Source: the human T2T-CHM13v2.0 reference genome, Homo sapiens. Taken from it: DNA of 64,000 bases. The notes under the pieces are model-generated. The model did not search any database and was not told the origin of the DNA. It worked only from the letters and a program-made list of their open reading frames with translations. The number at the start of each line of letters is the position of its first letter. Within the stretch, counting starts at the first letter, position 1. Where the stretch lies: NCBI RefSeq assembly GCF_009914755.1, contig NC_060926.1; one strand, 5' to 3'. A program made the translations under genes and the position numbers. Below are positions 32,913 to 55,134 of the stretch, piece by piece.

Positions 32913-33468
32913 TGTGCAGAAAAGAGATAACACTGCAGGCCTGAGACTGCTCTCGTAGAAAGCTCTGCTGCCAAGTTTGGCCCTCGGCTAGGGTCTGGGA
33001 ACTTGGCTCTTGGAGTGTTCCCAGTCAACCGTTAGCTGATAAGAGTGGCTCCCTGTGCCTAGACTGTACAAACAATATGGTTTATGCTGAACACCTGCTT
33101 TCCTTTTAGGAGTCTATAATGTTGGCATGTGCTAGACATAGGGTGCTTATGTGACCAGCTTTCAATAAAAACTTTAGGTGCCGAGTCGCTAACGGGCTTC
33201 CCTGGGAAGAAACCTCAAACACATGTTGCTGCATTTCATTGCTGGGGGAGGAGTGAACTTTGTATGATCCCTCATGGGGGAGGGGAGAGCACACAGGAAG
33301 CCTCACAAGGGTTCCACCAGACTCTGCCTCTTTTTCCATCATGATCCTGGGTATCTTTACTGTGTCACTGTCATAAATCTTAGCCATGCGTACAATTAAA
33401 TGCTAAGTCCTGTGAGTCCTTCTACTGGATCTCTGCAAGTGGAGGTGGTCTTGGAGATCCCTAGCGCA
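32913..33468 (+). mobile_element. ERVL-class solo LTR (MER68-like)
   Basis: tgtgcagaaaagag.taac...gcaggcctgagactgct...acaatatggtttatgctgaacacctgctttcc...aataaaaac...gtcctgtgagtcct. Confidence 0.8.
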
Positions 33469-33598
33469 GTGGTGAGATTTGCTAGAATAACCTGAATTCA
33501 CTGAAGTACGGCTCCAGCGTTACTCGAGAAAAAGAAAGGGCAGTTTGATTGTTCAGTGTGCATACATTTAGGATGGTTATGTCTTCCTGGGGGATTGA

Positions 33599-34347
<749 letters not shown>

Positions 34348-36075
34348 TCCCTTTTTGTCCCTAGTAATTTTCTTTGCTCTGAAGTCTGCTTTATTAGATA
34401 TGAACATAGCCACTCCTGCTATCTGTGGATTAATGTTTGCATGTTACATCTTTTCCATCCATTTACTTTCAACCTGCCTATGTCACTGAATTTGAAGTGA
34501 GTTTCTTGGCAAAAGTACATACTTGAGTCATTTTTTTCTTTTTAAATTCACTCTGCCAGTCTTGTCTTTTGGCTGATTATATAAGATAATTTACATTTAA
34601 GGGAATTCTTGGTATGTTAGCACTTAAGTCTGCCATTTTATTACTTGTTTTCTATTTGTTTCCTTTGGTTCTTCTTCTTCTATTTCTCTTTTCTTGCCTT
34701 TCTGAGGATTAAACAACGTTGAGGACTCTATCTTGATTTAATTGTAGTATTTTTGAGTACATCTCTTGGTATAGTTCTCATAGTGGTCACATGAGTATTA
34801 CAATAGACACACGTGACTTACCACAGTCTGTTGGTGGTGATGTTTCACTACTTTGAGTGAGGTGTGGAAATCTTTTTTCCATTTAGGCCTCTTTACCTTC
34901 CCCACTTTTAAATATCATTGTCTCAAGTACCAGATGGAGGCCTGATTTTTGTTTCATCAAACATGATTCATAGAACTTGTGATGCAAAGGACAGTGTATT
35001 GTATGTATCCCATATTTCTGCTCTTCCCATTGTTTTTTCTCTTCTGATACTCCAACATTCCTTCTATTATCATTTCCTTTCTCTTTGAAAAACTTTCTTT
35101 AGCTGATCTCTAAGGGTGAGTCAGCTAGTGGCAAATTTTTTTGGTTTTTCTTTGCCTGGGAATATTTTTATTTCCCTTTCATTCCTGAAAATAAATTTGC
35201 TGGATGTAGAAATTGTGGTTGACAGTTCTTATCTCAGCCCTTGAAACCTTTTGTGCCACTTCCTTCTGGCTTTCTTGGTGGTTTCAATGATAAATGTGTT
35301 GCCATTCAAATCACTGTTATAGGTAATGTGTTATTTTTCTGCCTGCTTCCAGGGTTTTATTTTTCCTTTGTTTTTTGTTTTCAAAAGCTTAATTTTCAGA
35401 GCCTTTGTGGTGTTGTTTCAGCCTGCTTGGTTTTTCTGGTGCCTCTGGGCCTCCCACTGGTTCCTGCTGGTGCTACCTGAGGAGGGAGAAGGGTTTCCCC
35501 AGGCTAGACCTTGGGACTTCTCTCCATGAGGGAGGTGCTCCTCCTACTGATGCTCCTGGCGGCCTCTGGGGAGCGGAAGAGTGTCAGTCAGGCTGCAGAA
35601 CAAAGAGGCTTCCTGGACCAAGAGGCTTGTTGAAGCTGGGTCTCTCTAGGCAGATCGGCTCACACCCTCAGTATCTCTTGGTAGAAAAGGGGTGTCTCAG
35701 ACCCAGGAAGGAAGGAGAGTATTTTCTCTATTAACCACCCCCAAAATTATTTTGCCTGATATTATTAGAGCAACTCAAGGAAGGAAGAATGAATCTACCT
35801 GGGTTGCCTTCTTTTCCTACGTCAGGCTTGGGAAACATTGAGTCTGGGTTTCAGGGTGCAGGGCGGGGGATGCAAGATGCTCTGCTGCGGTGCTGATTGT
35901 ACAGTCCTGGGTCCCAAACCAGCTCACTCTCTTATCACCACCTTTCGGAGTTTTCCTTTGGTTGCCTCTTGCATTATTTCCAGGGTTTACAGTTGTGCTT
36001 AGTGTGGAGGGGCATGGAGAAATAGGTTCATCTTGTCCCAACCAGAAGTCTCCACCATCGTATTTTGACTGATCA
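34348..36075 (-). mobile_element. Old L1M fragments
   Basis: T-rich antisense L1-like text (tttgctctgaagtctgcttt, ccatccatttactttcaacct, tttcattcctgaa); boundaries approximate. Confidence 0.6.
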
Positions 36076-37504
36076 TATTTTGAAGTATTAGGCACAATCA
36101 TATAATCAGGCATTCCACTCACTAGTAATATTGGTTCCTAATGTATATATGGTTTGTTTTCAAAAAGTATCTGTGGTAGCTTGTATTACAAATCATGTAC
36201 AGGGAACAAGGTGGTGTAGATTCACCTTCCTTTCCTGCCTCTAATACAACTACATATTTGGAAATTATTCTACAGACAAGGATAGAAGAGCTCTGAAAGC
36301 GGGAAAGAAGAAGGTAGACTGGGTAGAGACGACAGGAGTAGAGAAATGACAATGTGGTGGGTTCCCTGGGTTTTCTTTTTGTCTTCCACACACCCCTGGA
36401 CTGAGCACTGGAGAAATGTGCAACACAGTCTGTTACGTCAATAGGTGTAGGCATAAAATCCAAAGAAAAGCCTGCACTCTGGCCAAAGGACTAGGAAAGG
36501 GAAGGGAAGTCCAGTGGAGACCTAGTAGGGGGCTGCAACCCTCTTTCCACAACCAGGGCATGCACTGGTGACCCATCTGCCCACAGTAGCAGCTTCAGAG
36601 TTCTGGTAGACTGACCTCCACGCTCCATACACCCACACCCAGAGCACTGGCAGTCCGGATCAGGATCAGCCTGCCTGCCAGTGCTCTGGGTATGTGTATG
36701 TAGCGTCACTACTCTCCACCTGCATGCACAGTAGTGAAGCCGTGGGTCAATTCAATGCCCATTCCATGTGTGGAGCACTGAAATGGCAGGTCATGCTCCC
36801 CACATGACAACATTGGCAGAGCCTGATGCCTCCCTCCTTACACCAAGGGGCATAAGGAGACCCAGGCCCAGACACTCTGGCTCTCCCCACTCTCCACAGA
36901 AAGTGGTCCATGGAAGTGGGTTGAGCCCCTGCAGGTGGCACCACTAGGGATTAATCAGAAATCTCAGCAGTGCCAGAAGAATGAAGCAGACAAGAATAGC
37001 ATGCAAAGGCTCAGGAAACTGAGCTGGCATTGGACCCACAGCCCATAAAAGTAGGCCAGAACCTACACACTAAACCTAAACAGGGCAACTGCCTTCTGTC
37101 TAAAACAGAAGATTTAAATAGGATCAAGAGTCTCCTAACATAACCAAAATTCCCAGGATACAATGGAAACTCACCCATAATCCCAAAGACCAGGTAAGTC
37201 ACCATTTGAATGAGAAAAGACAATCAACTGATGCCAAGACTGAGGCGAATCAGATGTTGAATTATCTGACAAGGATTTTCAAGCAGTCATTATAAAAATG
37301 CTCCAACAAATAATTGTGAATTCTCTTGAAACAAATGAAAAAATTGAAAACCTCAGCAAAGTCATATAAGTCATACAAAAGAATCAAGTGGAAATTATGC
37401 AACTGAAAAATACAATAACTAGAGTAAAAATAATATATGAATACCATGAAAAAATCATGCAGACTTGATAAAATAAATACATCAAAGTACAGATCAATAT
37501 GCTT

Positions 37505-37735
37505 AGAAGCCCTACTGAATGTTTACTGTGTGCCAGATGCTGCACTAAGCATTTTCCCTGTATTAATTAATGTAATCTCACAACAGTCCCATGAAGTAGA
37601 TACTGTTATCCTTAATTAATGGATGAGGAAACTGAGACACAGAGAGATTGAGTGACCTGCCTAAGATCACACAGCTTACTAGTGGTAGAGCCAGGCAGTC
37701 TGTTCCAGTATCTGCTCTTATCCACATGTAGTATT
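37505..37735 (-). mobile_element. MIR
   Basis: gatgaggaaactgagacacagagag.ttgagtgacctgcctaagatcacacagc core. Confidence 0.85.
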
Positions 37736-38101
37736 GCATAGTGTGCTGCTGCTTCTTGGGAGAATTAAAGTTATTTAAGTCATTCATCTCAATGGGCTGT
37801 TTCTTCCAGGGCTGCCACAAAAGCCTCTCCCTAGTCTCTCTAACCTCTACCTCACCTCTGTGTTCAGGTTCCTCTCCTCCCACCCTCCTGCTCACCCACT
37901 GAAGTCCACCCTCAGACTTTCTTGCTCCTTGAACTAATCTCTGCCTCAGGCCTTTTGCACAGCCCTTTCCTCTGCCTGGAATGCTTGTTCCAGATCTTCA
38001 CTTGGCTCCTTGACTGGCACTCTGTTCAAATGGTGTTGTCTCAGGGAGGCCTCTCCATGACTCCATTGTATTGTCTTCAGGCCACATCTCGCGATTGTTC
38101 C

Positions 38102-38430
38102 TTTTTTTTTGAGACAGGGTCTTGCTCTGTAGCCCAGGCTGGAGTGCAGTGGCGTGATCATAGCTCACTGCAGCCTTGACCTCCCGGGCTCAGGTTACTC
38201 TCCCACCTCAGCTTCCTGAATAGCTGGGACCGCAAGTGCACCACCATGCCCAGCTAATAGTTATATATAAATATATATTAAATATAAAATTTTTAATTTT
38301 ATATTTTTTGAAGAGATGAGGGTCTTGCTTTATTGCCCAGGCTGGTCTCGAACTCCTGAACTCAAACAATCTGCCCATGTTGGCCTCCCAAAGTGCTGGG
38401 ATTACAGGCAGGAGCCACTATGCCTGGTCT
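38102..38430 (-). mobile_element. AluJ with an expanded AT-rich linker, within an L2 fragment
   Basis: Alu consensus; flanking L2 3' end tcaaatgaatgaa near 38550. Confidence 0.85.
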
Positions 38431-38830
38431 ATTGTCCTTTTTTATTCTTTTTTCCTAACTAAGCTAATAAAAGGAGAGACCTTGTTTATCTTATTCACTG
38501 CTATATCACCAGTAGCTAGAACAGGCCTGACTTATTGTAGGAACTCAAATGAATGAACAAATAAGTAAATGGCAGATGAGTTATAGAGTTTTCATTACCT
38601 GAAAACCAGAGAGATAAACTTATTTATTTTGAGACCTAATTTTTAAGAGGAATTTGTCACACAGGTCCTTATATAATAAAATAGACACTTTTCATCAGTA
38701 CAGCTCATTAACAACAGTGTACCATTTCTTACACTTGTGCTTTCTAAAATACACTTTTGTATGTTCTGAACGTGGCATTGGCAGTGAAGTTATCCTTAAA
38801 TCTTAATGCTTTAAAAAAAAAATGTCTTAG

Positions 38831-39173
<343 letters not shown>

Positions 39174-40036
39174 AAGTTGATCAATTATTAAGTATATGCT
39201 GAGCATAGAGTACATGAAAAGCACCTGTTGCTGGCCTTATCTCATGACCAGCCGATGTCACTCTTGCCTTTATCTTTGTCCTCTAGCAGTCCTCCTCTTC
39301 CTCACCGATGATAAAGCCTATCTTCCTTCCCCCACAAAGGACACTCCTAGCCCCTCTCTCTGTGACATCGGAAACAAACAGAGTCCCCGGGACGCTAATG
39401 GTCTCTCCCCTCTGAGTGCCGAGTGCCTGCCTAGTTACTTGTTTTCCTGGAGCATGCAGGGCTCTCCAAATTGTCTGTTAGTTAACTGACTGCTAGGTGC
39501 CAGGGGGTGGGGGTGGGGGGGCACACAATGGAATGCAGGATCTACACCCGGCCTTTCAGGAGCCTACAGATCAGCAAGTGAGAGAACAAATTCGCACCAG
39601 GGACATTCTAACAGTCACTAAAATAAATCTCTCATTATAGCTATTCCTTTTCCTAGCTTCTCTATTTTTGCCAATGTAACTTTTCCATCCCCGTGACTAA
39701 GAGATGAATAAGAGATGTAAGAGGAAGAGCTGGTTTGGCGCAGAGCACAGTGACTTTATTTGAGGTTGAGTTTGAGGTTTAGGTGGGACAGGCTTGACTG
39801 AATCATCTCTGCTCCCTTCTACTACACTGACTCAACCAACTGCCAGATCCTGAAGACCCTGCCTCTAAGAGGTCTCTCAGACCTGCCTCCTGTCTGATTC
39901 CAGTGCAAATCTGAACAACGGCAGCAGCCCTGGGGCCATCTCCAGGCTCATCACCCTCTCCTTTCCCAACTATTCTTAAACCGCAAGGCTGAATTTTCAG
40001 TTCTCCAATAGCTATTTCAGTGCCCACTCTGGGAAT

Positions 40037-40888
40037 ATGTCCTTGTTCCTGCAGCTGTAACAAAATACCTTAGACTGGGTACTTTATAAACAAAAGAAGT
40101 TTATTTCTCACAGTTCTGGAGAATGAGAAGTCCAAGATCATGGTGCGGGCAGATTTGGTGTCTGGTAAAAGTTTGCTCTTTGCTGCTTCTTCTTCTTTTT
40201 TAACATACTAATTGTATACATTTATGGGGTACATGTGATATTGTGATACATGCATCAGGGTGTTTAGCATATCCGTTACCTTAAACACTTATTATTTCTT
40301 TGTGTTGGGAACATTTCAAATCTTCTAGATATTTTGAAATACATAATATATCACATAATATATCATTAACTATAGTCACCCTACTGGGCTATCAAATACT
40401 AGAACTTATTCTTTCTGTCTAACCATATGTTGATATCCATTAATCATTAACCCATCTTTCATTCCTCCCTATTCTCTCCAGCCTCTGGTAACCACTATTC
40501 TACTCTTGCCTCCACAAGATAAACTTATTTTAGCTCTCTCCTATGAGTGAGAACACGCAATATTTGTCTTTCGTGTCTGGCTTATTTAACTTAACATAAC
40601 AACCTCCAGTTCTTGCTCTTGGCTTCTAAGATGGTACCTTGTTGCTACATCCTCACATGGCAGAAGGCAGAAGGATGACAGAGATGAACACTGTGCCCTC
40701 ACATGGCAGAAGAGACGAAAGGGCCAGCTAGCTCTCTGAAGCCTCTTTTATAAGGTTATTAATCCCATTCATGAGGGTGGAGGCTTCATGGCCTAATCAT
40801 CTTGGAAAGGCCCCACCTCTTAAGATTGTTGCATTGGGGATCAGGTTCAGTGTGAATTTTGGAAGGACACAAACATTCAAACCACAGC
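40037..40888 (-). mobile_element. MaLR LTR (MST/MLT1A-like) split by an L1MA 3' fragment (about 40195-40610)
   Basis: tttatttctcacagttctgga...aagtccaagatca; resumes at aagatggtaccttgttgct; insert has ggggtacatgtgatatt. Confidence 0.72.
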
Positions 40889-42903
40889 AGGACAGAAACA
40901 AACAAAGCTCCATGGTTTCTGCCCTTGTGGATATTCCACCCTATTTCTCAAAGGAAGCCTCCAAAGGACTTGTGGACACCCTCCACTGCCCAGCCTGGTA
41001 ATCTAGGCCCCCTGAACTTTCCCTCCAGATTCATATTCTTCTACTAGAGCTCCATGCATGCCTGTACAGGACGAAGCCCATGCCTTCATGTACTTTTATC
41101 TTTGCTCCCCTAAGCCTGGATGTCCTCTGCACTCCTGCCTCCTTCTCCGACACCACCTGTCAAAATTCTAATCTGTTCTTCATTGCTTCACTCAAAGCCC
41201 AACGCCCTTGTAGGCCCTTCATGATCCCCTACCCAAAATGTGTGCTGCACATCTTTGAGTTCTTATGGTACCTTTTGTACATTTCTGACACTCGTCATAT
41301 TATATTTGAGGATCAAAGTAAATGGACATCTTAGCCTCCCTCTTCAGCTATCAGAGAAAAGGGTCCCTGTCTTACCCATACTGGAGGCTCCTCATCTCTC
41401 TACCACAGCAGCTGCCTCATACATAGGATGCTTTATACCAAAGGTGACCATATAATTCATTTTAATTTATTGTTCAAACTAGAACACCTTTGAGAGTGAA
41501 AGAAGCACAATTAATAATTATGCAGGGCTCCAAGTGAAATTGATATTGTCCTTGGCTACTTGGACATATGGTCATCTTTTTATGCCAAAGAAGGCTCAAA
41601 GAGCAGGAATGCTGGTTGTATGGATGGACAGTGGTCAGCATGAAGAAGTGGAAGAAAGAACTTTCCTGTAGCTGGCATTGTTGGGGATGGTCCCATGGGG
41701 CAGGTGGTCTCTGAGGTATGTCCAGAAGGTATGGATGGGATTCAGGAAGGTCCCATTAGACAGAGACAAGAAGAAATGGCACTATGGAAGGTTGGATGGT
41801 GGGAGCAAAGGTGGACTGCATTTGATATGTTCAGGGAAAAGTGAGTGTGGCTTAAATTATGGTTGATATTGGGGAGAAATAGGCAACACACGGTTGGAAA
41901 GTGGAGTCAGAAGAAACTTGGCTAACACCAGCCTAGGGTTGGCCTTTATCCAGGAGGTAAGAACAAGCACTCACGTGTTTCTGAGCAGGAAAGAGACAAA
42001 GCAAATGTAGAATTTTAGGAGGATTCATCTGGTAGCTGTGTTTAGAGCAGGGAGAGGCTGAGGAGGGGAAGGCCATATGGGATCACTGGAAATAATTTCA
42101 GTGTAAGATGACAAAGGATTAAAGGAGATATGGGTTACCAAAAAGAGTGAGTTCAGGAGAACTTAAAGAGAAAAGTTAACAAGGCTTTGTGACCCACGGG
42201 GGTCAGGGGTGGCTTTGGGGTGACACTTTGTATAGGTTCTATCTGTTGGTATCAAGATTGAACTAAGAAAATCAAGGGGCAGAGACAATCTGGAGGAAGA
42301 GGCTAAATTTAGATTTCCATATGTTGAGTGTGAGGTACCAGTGGGTCATCGAAGTGGAAATGTCCAGTAGAGAGCCAGGGAGGAATGCCTAGGAGGTGGG
42401 CAAGGTCAGGACCAGTGAGAAGGATTCAGGAGTCATCCACCTGCAGGAGGCCATAGGTGAAAGACAAAAAAGGATGAGATGTCTGGGGCCAAACAGTAGG
42501 AAGAGTAATGGCGATTATCAAGATGAGATCTCGGGGAGAGCCTAAGCTTAATGGAGAAGGGAAAGAGCAGGAGACCAAGGATTCAGGGCTGGTGGGGGTT
42601 GGATGACACAGTCCTGAGGGCTAAAGGAAGCTTTGAGAGAGGTGCCCAATTGTGTCAAATTTTGCAGAAAGGTTGAGAAGGATAGACTCAGCGAAAAATG
42701 GCTTTGGCAACTGGATGACACTCAAAATGAGAAATGTCTAAGGAAATGAACCAGAAATGGATTTCTCTGGCCAATGACATTGCCAGAGGCTGACAAAGGG
42801 ACATTGGTTAAATGTTGATGTGATATGTGTGTTTCCTTAAGGAGGACTTAAAGACAGAACAACCAAAAAGTCAGTTAGATACAACTAAAATATGAATGGT
42901 TCT

Positions 42904-43227
42904 TTTATTTATTAATTTATTATTATTATTACTATTTTGAGACAGGGTCTCACTCTGTCACCCAGGCTGGAATGCAGTGACGCAATCACGGCTCACTGCA
43001 GCCTGGACCTTGTCAGGCTCAGGTGATCCTCCCACCTCAGCCTCTCGAGTAGCTGACACTACCGGTGCACAACACCATGCCTGGCTAACTTTTGTATTTT
43101 TTAGTAGAGATGGAGATTTGCCATGTTGCCCAGGCTGGTCTTGAACTACTGAACTCAACTCAAGCGGTTCTTGTGCCCCAGCCTCCCAAAGTGTTGGGAT
43201 TACAGGCGTGAGCCACCACACTTGGCC
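42904..43227 (-). mobile_element. AluJ, 66 nt from the donor of DBD exon 43294-43380
   Basis: Antisense Alu; TSD tgaatggttct at 42893-42903 and 43228-43238. Confidence 0.92.
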
Positions 43228-43293
43228 TGAATGGTTCTAACATTCACCAGGCTTGTGACCCAAGACCAAAGTGCCAAAATGATAGCTACTAAC

Positions 43294-43380
43294 CTGTGAT
43301 ACCTTTTTTCACCTATCAGGTAGCAATACTGGGCATAGAAGAAAGAGCTTTTCTTGATACAGATTCCATCATAATGATAC
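43294..43380 (-). CDS. RFX8: RFX8 coding exon, DBD wing: (R)[28 protein letters not shown](S)
   Basis: atttttccag|G...CACAG|gttagt; 87 nt, phase 2 to 2; YHYxGI motif; within ORF 43200..43427. Confidence 0.93.
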
Positions 43381-44106
43381 CTGGAAAAATAAAGGTTGTC
43401 TTTAAATTTATGTCTAACTACTGACATGCTTTATGGAAGGCAGAGAATAGGCGAACTAATGAAGACTTGGAGTTCTTCTCCAGGTTTTAGCATTGGCTGC
43501 ATTTCTCTGGAAAAGCTAATCCTTCAGTCTGACCAAGCTCTGTTATGTAGACAGGCAACTTCATACACTTTCACACATATCAGCCTTGAAATAGGCTTGT
43601 GGAGGCTCTCCTCTGCTTGCCTGATGCAGCACACACTAATCTTAGAGAGATGTGATAGGGAAAGCCTCCTGTTCCCTGCCCTGTGCCCTCAACCACTGCC
43701 CCCCGACCCCCCAGCACCCATTAACCTTTTTCAGGTGAAGGGAAAATGATACCAAGGCTCCCTCCACTGAAGTTGTCAGAAACCCAGGAGGGAAGCCAAG
43801 AGCCTTCTCTGCAGCCCACACCTTCCTCCGCTAAGCCCAGGGGACTATAGCAGCTTGTCCCGGCTTCAGACAAAATTTTTTCTAGTTAATTATTGCCCAA
43901 TATTAGGTTTGGCAAACACTTCCACTGTCTTCAATTCCTTGGTGAGTGGCAGCCCCCTTTCCTAATTTGGCTTCAATGTCTTCTCGCTGATTTCCCCTCG
44001 CAATTTAAAACAAGCAACAAATAGCAATAATAATTGAGTGACAATTATGACACAAGGCACTCGATAATACTGGAATTTCTTTTCACGTTAGAAATACAAC
44101 CTTGGG

Positions 44107-44774
<668 letters not shown>

Positions 44775-45083
44775 GTTGCATTATTTGATGTGTGTTAATT
44801 ATTTAAATATTTCAAGAATGAGACATTTACCTAACTGTAGAACAATAAAAATATATTGTAACCTTCATATTTTAACAAAATTCCGAAGAAAATAGAGGCC
44901 AGTGTTTGGTTCTAGCACCAACTCAATGATTTCAGGCACTGGGAATTAATGCGAATTGTGGACACTCTTTGGTAAGAGTTGTTATTTATAGTTTGTTTTG
45001 TTTTGCATTTTTTATCATTCATTTTGTGATTTTCCAAATCCTTGTTTTTAACATTTGAAATAAAACAAAAATTCTAAACCTAC

Positions 45084-45145
45084 CTGGCACTTCCTCTAGT
45101 GCCCAGCCTCCGGGTGCCAAGGTCCGGAAAAACCAATCTCACAAG
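45084..45145 (-). CDS. RFX8: RFX8 coding exon, DBD core: LVRLVFPDLGTRRLGTRGSA(R)
   Basis: ttcttttag|CTT...GCCAG|gtaggt; 62 nt, phase 0 to 2; contains the RFX hallmark TRRLGTRG. Too short for the ORF track. Confidence 0.95.
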
Positions 45146-45378
45146 CTAAAAGAATAAGCCAGATTTAAAGTTGCAACTTGAAAACTTAGAAACAAACTTC
45201 CAATTTTTTATCTTACAATATTTAAATGATATTCCTTTTCCTCTTTTCTAATAAGCAAACAATAAAGAAAATAAATATAATAATAAAGTAATAAGGTAAC
45301 AATAAAGAAAATAAATGTAAATGAAATTTTGGGGGAAAAAAATTAGACAGGTGTCAAAAAGAAAACATACCACTTGGA

Positions 45379-46300
<922 letters not shown>

Positions 46301-46603
46301 CCCTCAATGTAATTTCTTCCAGTCTTTTTTTCAAAGCCCCAATATGTGTAAGCGTTCTCTGTGTTTCATATTTAATACCTGGCATCACACAACTTGCATG
46401 TCTACAGTTTTGCATTCTACTTTCTTCCCTCAACATTATGCCACGGATATTTCCCCTTGTCATAAAAAATTCTCTGGAAGCAGAGAATTATGAAACATAG
46501 TTATAATTGGGCTCACAGGTTGGCATCATAGTCCAACCTGTGAGAATGCTATAATTTTACCATTTTCCTCTTTTTCTAATGTGATAGTCATTTTCACTTT
46601 TTA

Positions 46604-53086
<6,483 letters not shown>

Positions 53087-53686
53087 CATTTTCACTTTTT
53101 ATTATCCATTTGTTTGCCTAATTTGTTTTCACTTTCTGGGTTTGATTAGTGAAATGCTATCTTGTTTATCAGCACTTTGTTAGAGAGCCATGACATTACA
53201 CTTATGACCAATAGAAGTCTGGTCTAGTTTCCGAATCAGCGAGGTTCATGACAAGCGTGGCATCCATGACATGCATGTTGAGAGTGGAAATCCTGGATCA
53301 TCAAGAAATTACAAAACACAGAGCAGGGAAGCCACGGTATTTGGAGCTGTCAAGTAATTACTTCTGTTCTTTCTCTACACCCTGTCCGTAATCATTCAGC
53401 CCTTGCTTCTGCTTGGTTTCATGTTGCATCCCTCTTTCTTTCTTTTTTTTTTTTTAATTAGCTCCCAAGCAGTGGGATTTGATGGAAATGTGAACCATTT
53501 TTCCTCTTTTCTGGCTCCAGGTTCTACCTCTTCCTGCAGGAAGTCCACACAAGCTGGGATGAGGGGGAGGCAAGACAAAAGAGCAGGGCAAGTTTGACAC
53601 AATTAACACCTCGATCATGCCTCCAAATGCAGAGGGTCTTTCAGGGAAGGAGAATCAAAATGTACGGGAGAAAAATGACAGGAGAC

Positions 53687-54000
53687 GACAGGCACGGTGG
53701 CTCACGCCTGTAATCCCAGCACTTTGGGAGGCCGAGGTGGGCAGATCACGAGGTCAGGAGATCGAGACCATCCTGGTTAACATGGTAAAATCCCATCTCT
53801 ACTAAAATACAAAAAAAAATTGCCGGGCATGGTAGCGGGCACCTGTAGTCCCAGCTACTCCAGAGGCTGGAGAATGGTGTGAACCCAGGAGGTGGAGGTT
53901 GCAGTGAGCCGAGATCACGCCACTGCACCCCAGCCCGGGCGACAGAGTGAGACTCCATCTCAAAAAAAAAAAAAAAAAAAGAAAGAAAAAGAAAAAGAAA
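53687..54000 (+). mobile_element. AluY/Sc-like
   Basis: 18-bp TSD agaaaaatgacaggagac at 53669-53686 and 54001-54018. Confidence 0.93.
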
Positions 54001-54841
54001 AGAAAAATGACAGGAGACAAAAGGAAAAGTCAGCCAAATCTAAATGCAGTATTAGAGGCTAGAAATTCCTATTGTCAACAACAGATTCTGACAACTTCAT
54101 CTCCTCTAACTTAAGAAAATCATTGAAAAGCCTTCCTATATGTTTAGTTGCAAAGCAAAATCCAGATGCACGTCTTAAGTACCTATAGAAATTATGAGAA
54201 AGTATGCAGCAGGCTCAGATTCTAGCCCTGAGAAATAATCTGGTGTTTGGGAAAGAAAAGCAGAAGTAAAGTGCCTGATTGTCCGGCAACATAATACTCT
54301 GTACATTTGATAATACTGAGTCACCCCAACCCCAGACTATCCTGTGATTTCATTTTAATATAGAGAGCAAATACAACACAGTTAAAATGAAAAAATCAAC
54401 TGGGATAACTTGCAGAAAATATAATTAAGTTAAAAATTATACCCTGAATATAGAGAGAACTGAAACAAATCAATAGGAAATACGCCGCAATAGAAAATGG
54501 TCTGGTGGTAATATGTACACACACAACATACACATGACCAAAGCGCACGCAAAAGTCCTCACCTTATAACCCAATAAATGCAAGTAGAAACAGCTCATTC
54601 TAATTTTTACCCAGCAAGTTTTCTGGGGTAGGAATGTTATGAATTTGTCTAAGAATACCATGAATTATCATCAGGGATGGGAACTGACTGCAATTGTTTA
54701 CAGTTGGTTGCAAAAAGCAATTCGGCAGGCCACATATGGGGATCTATCCTAAAAAAATGACCAGATATGGATGGGGACTTATGGTGTTTAAAATGAAGGA
54801 AAATTACAAACAACCTATATTTCCAATAAGGGATATGGTTA

Positions 54842-55134
<293 letters not shown>

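Noticed and set aside
39503-39520. G-run cluster, potential G-quadruplex
   Set aside because: Short, isolated and common; nothing links it to a function.
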